Source of the DNA: Veillonella parvula
GTDB taxonomy: Bacteria; Bacillota; Negativicutes; Veillonellales; Veillonellaceae
Assembly (NCBI GenBank): GCA_959601155.1
Contig: CAUGOU010000003.1
Span: 46,162-110,161 of the forward strand
Direction of reading: 5' to 3'
Length of the DNA stretch: 64,000 bases
This document shows positions 9,431 through 17,665 of this stretch, piece by piece. The translations under genes were made by a program, and so were the position numbers. Under the pieces are notes generated by a model. That model was given only the letters and a program-made list of their open reading frames with translations, did no database searches and was not told the origin of the DNA. Positions within the stretch are counted from its first letter, which is position 1. Each line of letters opens with the position of its first letter.

Positions 9431-10384
9431 TTATTCTAATATTGTTTTATTCAGTTTTGTCAGTACCTCTCGTTTAATAGTTCGTTGTCTATCCCAAGCA
9501 ATGATAACAACGGTAGCAATAATCATAGCCATACCAATTAGCCCTAATAGACTAAATTCATTTCCTAAAAAAGCCCACCCAAAGAAAGCCGCCGAAATAG
9601 GTTCAATAGATGACAAAATAGATCCTGGTACTGCCCCAATTCGTTTAACCCCTTCTAAATAGGCATTAAAAGATACTATCGTCCCTAGGAATATGACATT
9701 GAAACAACCAATAACAGTCCATACGTCCCACACTGCATATGAATTCGGTTGATGGAATAATATCGCGGCTACAATACCACTAATAAGCATCCCAAACCCT
9801 ACAATAGGCAATGTGCCATATTTGTAGAGTAAATCAACAGGAGAAATACTATATACGGCTACACCCACAGCAGATAAAAGCCCCCATACGAGAACCGCCA
9901 TTGGGAAGCTTTCAATAGAAAGACCATCACCATTCCCCATTAAACAAATGGTCCCCACTAAGGCCAGTATAACAGAAACCATTTCCCCCTTGGATGGTCG
10001 TTTACCATAGCGAACCAGCAGGTAAATAATAATCATAGACGGCGCCAGATATTGTAATACCGTTGCAATGCCAGCTCCAGCTAAAGCAATGGATCTGAAG
10101 TATGTATATTGGCATAATGCCATTCCAAATACGCCAAAAATAATGAGCCCTAGCGTATCCTTTATACTATGAAATACATTAAAGATAGAGTTTCCAAATC
10201 TAAACCATGCATAAATAACAGTTAGTAAACCTGCTGTAATCAATCGCATAGTTACTAGCCATTCCAAATTCATATCTCTAAAATTGCTTAAGAACTGTAC
10301 GGATGCACCTGATACGCCCCATAAAACAGCCCCTAATAGAGTTATAATAACACCAATAACTTCATATTGTTTCATGCTAGTCAC
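9431..10384 (-). CDS. EamA/DMT-family transporter
   Basis: 317 aa with 10 hydrophobic segments and a two-EamA-repeat architecture. GTG start at 10384 overlaps the upstream stop by 8 nt; an alternative ATG is at 10375. Confidence 0.7.
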   Translation of the reverse strand: MTSMKQYEVIGVIITLLGAVLWGVSGASVQFLSNFRDMNLEWLVTMRLITAGLLTVIYAWFRFGNSIFNVFHSIKDTLGLIIFGVFGMALCQYTYFRSIALAGAGIATVLQYLAPSMIIIYLLVRYGKRPSKGEMVSVILALVGTICLMGNGDGLSIESFPMAVLVWGLLSAVGVAVYSISPVDLLYKYGTLPIVGFGMLISGIVAAILFHQPNSYAVWDVWTVIGCFNVIFLGTIVSFNAYLEGVKRIGAVPGSILSSIEPISAAFFGWAFLGNEFSLLGLIGMAMIIATVVIIAWDRQRTIKREVLTKLNKTILE

Positions 10385-10853
10385 CGAGCAAAGATACGTG
10401 AACTTTCACAACCACCTTACGGATTTTAATAGGTTTATCGTTTACAGCAAGCAAAGGCCGATGAACATCAGAGGGGAAGAATACAGTGTAGTACCCTTCT
10501 GGGCAATGGATTTGCCCTTCATCAACCGCTTCATTAGGATAAAAATAGCAATCTCGATCTGGATAGGACTCCACAGGTTTAACGAGACCTTTATCTACGA
10601 AAAAGCCCATGTTTTCCTCGCCGCTCACCATAAATTGGATATCTACATAATTACGGTGCGATTCCGGTTTTGTAGCTTCAAATAGTTTTGTTTCTACATC
10701 GTCTACGTTAGCATACATCATGTCGCCTTCAATGGCATGACGTCCTCCAGGCAATGTTTTCAAATCTGTGTTTTTCAAGAAATCCAAAGCGCGCACGATG
10801 GCTTTAGGATAGCCCATTTTTGTATAATCTGCGGTAATACTAGAGAAAAACAT
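10377..10853 (-). CDS. YhcH/YjgK/YiaL (DUF386, EbgC-like) family protein
   Basis: About 158 aa. The N-terminus MFFSSITADYTKMGYP..ALDFLKNTDL..LPGGRHAIEGDMMYANV is typical of the family. ATG at 10853 has RBS AAAGGA. Confidence 0.65.
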   Translation of the reverse strand: MFFSSITADYTKMGYPKAIVRALDFLKNTDLKTLPGGRHAIEGDMMYANVDDVETKLFEATKPESHRNYVDIQFMVSGEENMGFFVDKGLVKPVESYPDRDCYFYPNEAVDEGQIHCPEGYYTVFFPSDVHRPLLAVNDKPIKIRKVVVKVHVSLLGD

Positions 10854-10957
10854 ACACAATCCTTTCACAATATCTATGGATATGGCACCACAATAAACTA
10901 ATTATATTACCTTTTATGTTAGCACATATATACATAAAGAACTAGCTATTCTCTTAT

Positions 10958-10993
10958 GTAAAAGCCCTCCATACGCTACATATATGGAGGGCC
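10958..10993 (-). terminator. Intrinsic terminator downstream of the EF-G paralogue
   Basis: Arms GCCCTCCATA (10964-10973) and TATGGAGGGC (10983-10992). On the minus strand they are followed by TTTTAC. Confidence 0.7.
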
Positions 10994-11037
10994 TCAGTAA
11001 AATACTATTCAAATTTATGACTTTCGTCAATTATTAC

Positions 11038-11085
11038 ACTATGAAATTGTTACAGTATTAAATTGTTACATTATGCAATTGTCTA
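11038..11085. repeat. Tandem 16-nt repeat, about 3 copies, in the 3' region of the EF-G paralogue
   Basis: actatgaaattgttac / agtattaaattgttac / attatgcaattgtcta. It lies between the stop codon (11136) and the terminator (10993). Confidence 0.7.
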
Positions 11086-11135
11086 TTCAGTTGTAATGAT
11101 TCAAACTGTATTAGATACAGCATGTGGCCATTACC

Positions 11136-13202
11136 TTATTCTTGGGTTTTATGAGCAGCGATAATTTCTTCCGCTTGCTTATGGGGAACCTCTTCATAGG
11201 TATAGAACTGACGGTTAAATACACCTTGTCCTTGTGTAATGGAGCGCAATGCAGTCACATAATCGGACATTTCAGCCAATGGTACTTGTGCTTTAACAAC
11301 GGAAATACCTGTTCTTTCACTTTGTTCCATGCCTAATACACGACCTCGACGGCTATTCAAATCACCCATGATGTCGCCCATGAAAGCATCTGGTGCAAAC
11401 ACGTTGACTTCATAGATTGGTTCTAATAGGACTGGTTTCGCCTTAGGAATCACATCCTTGATAGCCTGTGACGTAGCTACTTTAAATGCTAACTCTGAGG
11501 AGTCTACACTGTGGTAAGATCCATCCAAGAGTGTCACTTGCACGCCAATCATAGGATATCCTGCAATTAGACCTTTATCTAGGGTTTCTTTGGCACCCTT
11601 TTCCACTGCTGGTATGTATTGTTTAGGTACAGCACCACCAAAAATTTTGTCTACGAATGCAAATTCGCTACCATCATATAATGGATCCACTTGAATCTTA
11701 ACGTGACCATATTGACCATGACCGCCACTTTGTTTCTTATACTTAGACTCGGTTTCAGCAGAGCCTTTAATAGTTTCGCGGTATGGAATATATGAAGCCA
11801 CAAGTTTAGCTTGTACGCCGTATTTACGGTCCATTTTGTTGAGGATATGCTCAAGATGTACTTCGCCCATACAATCGATTTGTAATTGGCGAGCTTCAGC
11901 ATTTTTCACTACTACGCAAGTAGGATCTTCTTCCGCCACTTTAAGAACAGCACTAGCTAATTTTTCCTCCTCACCTTTTTTCACTGGCTCCATAGCCACA
12001 GTGTATAGAGGTTGAGGGAAACGAATAGCATCGTATGTGACTTTAAAGTCAGGAGCCGTTAATGTATCGCCGGTCTTAGCATTGGCCAATTTCGGTATCA
12101 CTACGATATCGCCAGCTTTAGCAGCGGATACAGGGATTTGTTGCTTCCCAATAAGGGTAACCATCTTGCCCCATTTTTCTTCTACATCTTGGTTCACATC
12201 AAAGAGGCGATCCCCTTCTTTCAGTTCACCAGAGAAGATACGTACAAAGCTTTGTTTGCCTGCGAATGGGTCTAACAATGTTTTAAATACGAATGCAGTT
12301 AATGGTTTATCTACATGTACAACACATTGTTCGCCGGTTTCCGCATCAGTTGCGGTCATCACTTTTTTAGTTGCATCCGGCATGTAACGGATCATACGAT
12401 CCAATACTTGATCTAAGCCAATACGAGATGTGGCACTGCCACACATGATTGGGCACACACGGCCACTAATCATCCCTTCACGCAAGCCTTGGCGGATTTC
12501 CTCTAAGGATAATTCTTCGCCTTCTAAATATTTTTCCAACAACTCATCGCTACCTTCAGCCGCGGCTTCTACGGTCATTTCCCGAATTTCTTGAGCCTTT
12601 TCGATAAGGTGAGCTGGTACAGCGACCTCTGTTGGTTGGCCGTCCTTATAAGTAAACGCAGTCATTTTTGCTACGTCTACAACGCCTTCAAAATCGGCGC
12701 CTTCACCGATAGGAATCTGCAACGGCATGATGCCTTTGCCAAATAATTCCCGCATTCTTTCAATAGTACCGAAGAAATCAGCACCATCGACATCCATTTT
12801 ATTGATAAATGCCATGCGAGGCATTTGTAATTCCACTGCATAATCCCATGCGCGAACTGTGTCAGTTTCTACACCAGATGTGGAGGAGAGCACCATCAAC
12901 ATGCCATCGCACGCACGCAAAGCGGCACGAACTTCGCCATGGAATTCATTATAGCCTGGAGTGTCTATGAAGTTAACCTTATGGTCATGCCACTCACATG
13001 GCGCCGTGCCCAATTGAATAGTTACATTACGTTTAATTTCTTCCGGTTCAAAGTCCATAATATGTTTATTATCTTGACCTTTACCTACGAAATCAACCGC
13101 ACCAGAAGTTAACAACAAGGATTCAACAAGAGCTGTTTTGCCCGCACCATCGTGGGAAACAACAGCAACGTTTCTAATTTTATCACTACTGTACTCTTTC
13201 AT
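11136..13202 (-). CDS. Elongation factor G paralogue (EF-G2-like translational GTPase)
   Basis: 688 aa. G1 motif reads SHDGAGKT, G3 is DTPGY, and the domain IV loop is SGGHGQYGHV. RBS AAGGAGG precedes the ATG. The gene is not in a str-operon context. Confidence 0.8.
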   Translation of the reverse strand: MKEYSSDKIRNVAVVSHDGAGKTALVESLLLTSGAVDFVGKGQDNKHIMDFEPEEIKRNVTIQLGTAPCEWHDHKVNFIDTPGYNEFHGEVRAALRACDGMLMVLSSTSGVETDTVRAWDYAVELQMPRMAFINKMDVDGADFFGTIERMRELFGKGIMPLQIPIGEGADFEGVVDVAKMTAFTYKDGQPTEVAVPAHLIEKAQEIREMTVEAAAEGSDELLEKYLEGEELSLEEIRQGLREGMISGRVCPIMCGSATSRIGLDQVLDRMIRYMPDATKKVMTATDAETGEQCVVHVDKPLTAFVFKTLLDPFAGKQSFVRIFSGELKEGDRLFDVNQDVEEKWGKMVTLIGKQQIPVSAAKAGDIVVIPKLANAKTGDTLTAPDFKVTYDAIRFPQPLYTVAMEPVKKGEEEKLASAVLKVAEEDPTCVVVKNAEARQLQIDCMGEVHLEHILNKMDRKYGVQAKLVASYIPYRETIKGSAETESKYKKQSGGHGQYGHVKIQVDPLYDGSEFAFVDKIFGGAVPKQYIPAVEKGAKETLDKGLIAGYPMIGVQVTLLDGSYHSVDSSELAFKVATSQAIKDVIPKAKPVLLEPIYEVNVFAPDAFMGDIMGDLNSRRGRVLGMEQSERTGISVVKAQVPLAEMSDYVTALRSITQGQGVFNRQFYTYEEVPHKQAEEIIAAHKTQE

Positions 13203-13258
13203 TGGAATCGCCTCCTTACTGGCAAATTACGGCTTTGCTAATACATTTCGACACTACA

Positions 13259-13307
13259 ATAAAAAAATCCTCTTTTTCTGAGAAAAATTTCTTAGAAAAG
13301 GAGGATT
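13259..13307 (-). terminator. Hairpin plus U-run in the leader of the EF-G paralogue
   Basis: 14-bp stem, AATCCTCTTTTTCT (13266-13279) with AGAAAAGGAGGATT (13294-13307). On the minus strand it is followed by TTTTTTT (13261-13267), about 55 nt upstream of the ATG. Confidence 0.5.
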
Positions 13308-13408
13308 ATATACTAATACTAAATTATAACGAAAATTTTAGTATTCCTATGTAGATCCTAAACTTAATTAAACTTAATTAAATTATTAATAAGACTTTAT
13401 CGGTATAT

Positions 13409-13558
13409 CCTATATATAGATGGGACTAGTGCCCTCACAAAGTTATAAAAAAGACGGTCTGTACTTGTGCAGCGACATCAGGAACGAGAAGCAAACAAGT
13501 ATAGGCCGTCTTTTTTAATTAAATTGTCGTTATATAACGGGGCCCCATCTATATATGG
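13409..13558. repeat. 150-bp element with nested inverted repeats (MITE-like or structured RNA)
   Basis: Outer inverted repeat: CCTATATATAGATGGG (13409-13424) with CCCATCTATATATGG (13544-13558). Inner 21-bp stem: AAAAAAGACGGTCTGTACTTG (13447-13467) with CAAGTATAGGCCGTCTTTTTT (13496-13516), separated by a 28-nt loop. Confidence 0.6.
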
Positions 13559-13614
13559 ACAATACTAAGGACAAAGATATAGTCAACTAAATAATTTAAT
13601 TAGAACATAGAATA

Positions 13615-14733
13615 CTAAAATTTCCCCGTCCGTTTACCGTAGTGCTTGGAGTCCCCATTTTGTTTCCAACCTACTGTATCACCGATGGACATTACGCGGC
13701 GCGTCAAGCAGTCTTTACATTGTTCTGCATTGTCGTCCACGCATGGCTTATTATCGTATAGCAAATATTTTGCACGGTGTTCAGGAATGGTGATGATAGG
13801 CATTAGGATATTCGCCCCTGCAGCTAAGCCTTTTTCACGGCCTAGTTTGTCTAATGCTTGTAATGCAGTAGTGGCTGCGATGTTTACGTCTTTCAAGAAT
13901 AGACGTGTTAAGGCAATCATCTTAAGCCCTAGTTGAACGCGGCGCAATTTACCTGCTTCATCATCGATGCCCATAGCCAAAGCTTCTTGACCTAGTGGCG
14001 TATCATGATGCACCACATAAGGGCCCATACCGATCATGTCAATATCCATATCGCGATAGAACAAGATATCATTCACAAGATCTTCTTCTGTTTGACCAGG
14101 TAGGCCAATCATAACACCCGTGCCAACTTGGAAGCCTACGCGGCGCAAACGACGTAAGCATTCTACGCGCGTTTCGAAGGAGTGCAATTCATCACGAGGA
14201 TGAATCTTATGGTATAAATCTGTATTGGTTGTTTCAATGCGTAATAAATAACGACTCGCACCGGCTTCACGCATGCGACGGTACGCCTCTTCGCTTTGTT
14301 CCCCTACACACATCGTTATGCCAAGAGAACCATCACCAATGGCTTTAATATCGCGAATTAAATCCACAACATAGTCTACAAAGACATCATCACAGCGTTC
14401 ACCAGATTGAAGTGTAATGGAACCATATTCATGATCGTACGCCCACTGTGCCATCTTGATGATATCTTCGCGATTCATATCAAAGCGTTCCGTCTTGTCA
14501 TTTTCACGGCGGATACCGCAATAATTACAATTTTTAATGCATCGGTTTGAGAACTCGATGAGGCCGCGATAGTATGCTACAGGCTTTACGTATTTTGCCT
14601 TCACTTCGTAGGCCTTTTTATATATCAACTGCAACTGTTCTTCATCAGTTACAGACATGAGAAATCGCAATTCCTCCTCGGCCAGCCATTCATCGCCGAC
14701 GAGGTCTTTTGCAAGAATGTCTTGCACTTGCAA
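13615..14733 (-). CDS. hydE: [FeFe]-hydrogenase maturase HydE (radical SAM)
   Basis: 372 aa. GLIEFSNRCIKNCNYCGIRREN carries the CxxxCxxC cluster in HydE-type context, followed by ITLQSGE. Confidence 0.7.
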   Translation of the reverse strand: MQVQDILAKDLVGDEWLAEEELRFLMSVTDEEQLQLIYKKAYEVKAKYVKPVAYYRGLIEFSNRCIKNCNYCGIRRENDKTERFDMNREDIIKMAQWAYDHEYGSITLQSGERCDDVFVDYVVDLIRDIKAIGDGSLGITMCVGEQSEEAYRRMREAGASRYLLRIETTNTDLYHKIHPRDELHSFETRVECLRRLRRVGFQVGTGVMIGLPGQTEEDLVNDILFYRDMDIDMIGMGPYVVHHDTPLGQEALAMGIDDEAGKLRRVQLGLKMIALTRLFLKDVNIAATTALQALDKLGREKGLAAGANILMPIITIPEHRAKYLLYDNKPCVDDNAEQCKDCLTRRVMSIGDTVGWKQNGDSKHYGKRTGKF

Positions 14734-14737
14734 ACAA

Positions 14738-15484
14738 TCACTTCCTTTCGTAACGAACCGTCATCGATTCGCTTGGTATGGTAATGGATTCAATGTCAGA
14801 GACACAAGTAAATCCATTAACTTCGTGGGGCAAGTCCCGCACATGTTTCACTTGTTGAGTTAAACATTCATGAGCCATCACACCGCGACTCATTTTGGAG
14901 GACGTACTCATTTGCTTAAATGTGTCGCCCCGTAATTCCCAAAATTCAATGGTTACCACCTTCGGATGGTTCACCATTTTTGCATATTCTTTAGATGCTA
15001 GGTTTAGGATCCAATCTTCCTTGTGAAAGTATGCATCCACTGCTTCACGCCATGTATCGTATAAATTAACGCCTACCTTATCAACCATATCGAGTCGATA
15101 GTCGCGCACACCCATATTAGGCTCAACGACACCGTACAACGCGGACATCACAACAAGATGGCTTTCACCAAAGGTCTTGGCTTCATCAGATAAGTTCGAC
15201 CAGTCTAAATATTTAAAAGCAATACCATCGTAGCTTTCACAGGCACGACCTACGGGATGGGACTCAAAGGACTGATAAAAATCAAAAAGAGCCTGTGCCT
15301 TATCATCCTTAAGTTTTAATGCCTTTCCAAGAGCCGCTACATCAAGAGATTGTACATGTGTTACAATTTCTTTCGTGATGTTCGGCTGAAATTGACCATC
15401 TCGAGCTGCATGATGTACTGCCTCATCGTTGCTAGCAACATCGGCAATCGTTTTTGTCTTACTAGGAGAGAGGACGATTTTCAT
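14738..15484 (-). CDS. yaaA: Peroxide stress protein YaaA (UPF0246)
   Basis: N-terminus MKIVLSPSKTK and a length of 248 aa are typical of YaaA. Confidence 0.75.
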   Translation of the reverse strand: MKIVLSPSKTKTIADVASNDEAVHHAARDGQFQPNITKEIVTHVQSLDVAALGKALKLKDDKAQALFDFYQSFESHPVGRACESYDGIAFKYLDWSNLSDEAKTFGESHLVVMSALYGVVEPNMGVRDYRLDMVDKVGVNLYDTWREAVDAYFHKEDWILNLASKEYAKMVNHPKVVTIEFWELRGDTFKQMSTSSKMSRGVMAHECLTQQVKHVRDLPHEVNGFTCVSDIESITIPSESMTVRYERK

Positions 15485-16064
15485 GAGATAATTCCGCCTT
15501 AATAGATTCCTCTGTCAAATTGTCGATTAATTCAGGGTTCCACAACATGAGAGGCACCGCCACTACGTGGCTTGCTTTCAATTCTTTACATAATTTAATG
15601 CATTCTTTGAGATAATTAGAATCTTCATCTACAAGATCGCATACAATAACCACGTGACGCCCTTTAAGATTTACACCTTCATAATCGATGCTTTCAGCAG
15701 ATACTGTAAGCATGCCGGTTTCCAAGCGACCTTCGCTCATATCGTTCAAACGAGACATCAATACATGCTCAAGCATAGTAGATACAGGTGTCACTACGCG
15801 GCCAATGCCGATAAGAGCCTCAGGTTGTGCATGAACGATAACTGTTTTCTTCCGTTTATCCGTTCTGAACTCAATAAGAGCTTTTTCTAAAGCACCAAAA
15901 AATACGAATAACTGCCAAGGATCAAAGGAGCCTGTTTGGAACATATCGATAACAGAACCATCCTCATCCATATTGAGGCGCGTCAATAACTCTTCAGCAA
16001 TATCGTTAACCACAACACTAAAATCAGATTGTATTGTCTCTTGTACGTTGATTTCCTTTGCCAT
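15462..16064 (-). CDS. Hypothetical protein, possibly a degenerate phosphoribosyltransferase-like fold
   Basis: 200 aa. GRHVVIVCDLVDEDSN resembles a PRPP-binding loop only loosely. Its 3' end overlaps the yaaA start by 23 nt. Confidence 0.35.
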   Translation of the reverse strand: MAKEINVQETIQSDFSVVVNDIAEELLTRLNMDEDGSVIDMFQTGSFDPWQLFVFFGALEKALIEFRTDKRKKTVIVHAQPEALIGIGRVVTPVSTMLEHVLMSRLNDMSEGRLETGMLTVSAESIDYEGVNLKGRHVVIVCDLVDEDSNYLKECIKLCKELKASHVVAVPLMLWNPELIDNLTEESIKAELSHENRPLS

Positions 16065-16239
16065 TAGGGCCTCCTAGTTTTCCATATATCACACTGCTAA
16101 GGAATACTCCCAACAGATATTATATTATCCTTAAAAATATTATTCTTATATTATACTATTTTTAATTGTACCATATTTTATACCCCTCTTGGGTATTCAA
16201 AGATACGCGTTTCACATAATAGATACGTTAGCAACATGA

Positions 16240-16266
16240 CAAAAGGACCGCCATAGCGGTCCTTTG
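16240..16266 (-). terminator. Intrinsic terminator of mntH
   Basis: Arms AAAGGACCGC (16242-16251) and GCGGTCCTTT (16256-16265). On the minus strand they are followed by TTTTGT. Confidence 0.7.
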
Positions 16267-16267
16267 C

Positions 16268-16345
16268 ATTCTAATATTGTACTCTAATCTTGTATTCTAA
16301 TGTTGTATTCTAATTCTGTATTCTAATGTTGAATTCTAATGTTGA
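16268..16345. repeat. Tandem 13-nt repeat ATTCTAATGTTGT, 6 copies, in the mntH 3' UTR
   Basis: attctaatattgt actctaatcttgt attctaatgttgt attctaattctgt attctaatgttga attctaatgttga. It lies between the stop codon (16387) and the terminator (16266). Confidence 0.9.
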
Positions 16346-16386
16346 CTTTATAAGAAACCTTTTGGAAACTAACAAAGAATATGCTC

Positions 16387-17646
16387 TTAGCCTACAATCA
16401 ATAAGTAAATGTTCATAATAGTAACGATGATACCTATACCCCATAAGAGAATATTTGTAAATTTACGGTTCGCATATTCTCCCATGACCTTGCGGCTGCT
16501 TGTCATGTAAAGTTGCAAGAATATGGTGATAGGTAATTGCAAGCTCAAGAACATTTGAGAGAACAATAATGCTTGGAAGGAATCTGTAATAAACACGATC
16601 AATAATAATGCTGGAACATATGTTAGTGCCAAGCCTAATCGCGTATGGAAGTCTTTCATATCATAAGATTCGCCAAACATTCCTGCAAAGATACTTGCCC
16701 CCGCCATACCTGCCGTAGCAGATGAGGCAAAACCTGCAAATAACAATGCTATCGCAAAAATAATACCCGCTGCGGGTCCAATGAGTGGTCTCAACAACTC
16801 CTCAGCCTGTTCAAGTTCTGTTACTTCAATACCATGAGCAAAGAAGACAGCCGCCGCCAATATAATCATGGCGGAGTTAATCATCCACCCAATCCCCATA
16901 GATAACAAAGTATCGAGGAATTCATAGCGCAACTGCCGTTTCATTATCGCTGGATCTTGTGTATTGAACTGGCGACTTTGGATGATTTCAGAGTGCAAAA
17001 ACAAGTTGTGAGGCATAATTACGGCCCCTAATATACTCAAAATAACGAGCATCGATGTATTAGGAATATTAGGATCCACCCAACCGATACCAGCCGCTGC
17101 CCAATCCACATTGACCATATTTACCTCAACAAGGTACGCCAATGCTATAAGGGATACAAAACCAGCAATGATTCGCTCTAATTTACGATAGGAGTTCGTA
17201 ATGAGCATGACCGTACAGATAAGAGCCGTCAGAATGCTGCCTATCAAGATAGGAATACCAAAGAGCATCTTCAAGGCGATAGCGGCGCCAATAAACTCAG
17301 CCAAGGCCGTCGCTGCCGCCGCAATTCCTGCCGTGCTAAGCACAAAGCGAGATGCATAACGCGGTAAAAACTCATAAGCACATTCCGACAAGCATTGACC
17401 GCGTACAATGCCTAAATGCGCCACATTATGCTGTAATAAAATGAGCATAATTGTGGATAGTGTGACTACCCACAATAATTCGTAACCATAACTAGCACCA
17501 GCTGCCAAATTAGCAGCCCAGTTGCCCGGATCGATAAATCCAACGGTTACGATTATACCAGGTCCTATATATTTAAAGACCTCACTTACCTGCTGTTTAC
17601 CGTTTTGATGGACAGTAAACAACTGTTTCTTAAAAAAATCAATCAT
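16387..17646 (-). CDS. mntH: Nramp-family divalent metal (Mn2+/Fe2+) transporter MntH
   Basis: 419 aa, polytopic. GPGIIVTVGFIDPGNWAANL is the Nramp DPGN signature. Confidence 0.85.
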   Translation of the reverse strand: MIDFFKKQLFTVHQNGKQQVSEVFKYIGPGIIVTVGFIDPGNWAANLAAGASYGYELLWVVTLSTIMLILLQHNVAHLGIVRGQCLSECAYEFLPRYASRFVLSTAGIAAAATALAEFIGAAIALKMLFGIPILIGSILTALICTVMLITNSYRKLERIIAGFVSLIALAYLVEVNMVNVDWAAAGIGWVDPNIPNTSMLVILSILGAVIMPHNLFLHSEIIQSRQFNTQDPAIMKRQLRYEFLDTLLSMGIGWMINSAMIILAAAVFFAHGIEVTELEQAEELLRPLIGPAAGIIFAIALLFAGFASSATAGMAGASIFAGMFGESYDMKDFHTRLGLALTYVPALLLIVFITDSFQALLFSQMFLSLQLPITIFLQLYMTSSRKVMGEYANRKFTNILLWGIGIIVTIMNIYLLIVG

Positions 17647-17665
17647 TATAACCCCTTACTAAGAG

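Noticed and set aside
16268-16345. I considered whether the tandem repeats here, and those at 6597, 11038, 19536, 32588, 35685 and 53362, could be CRISPR arrays.
   Set aside because: The units are contiguous 8-17-nt direct repeats with no unique spacers of 25-40 nt. There are no cas genes in the window.
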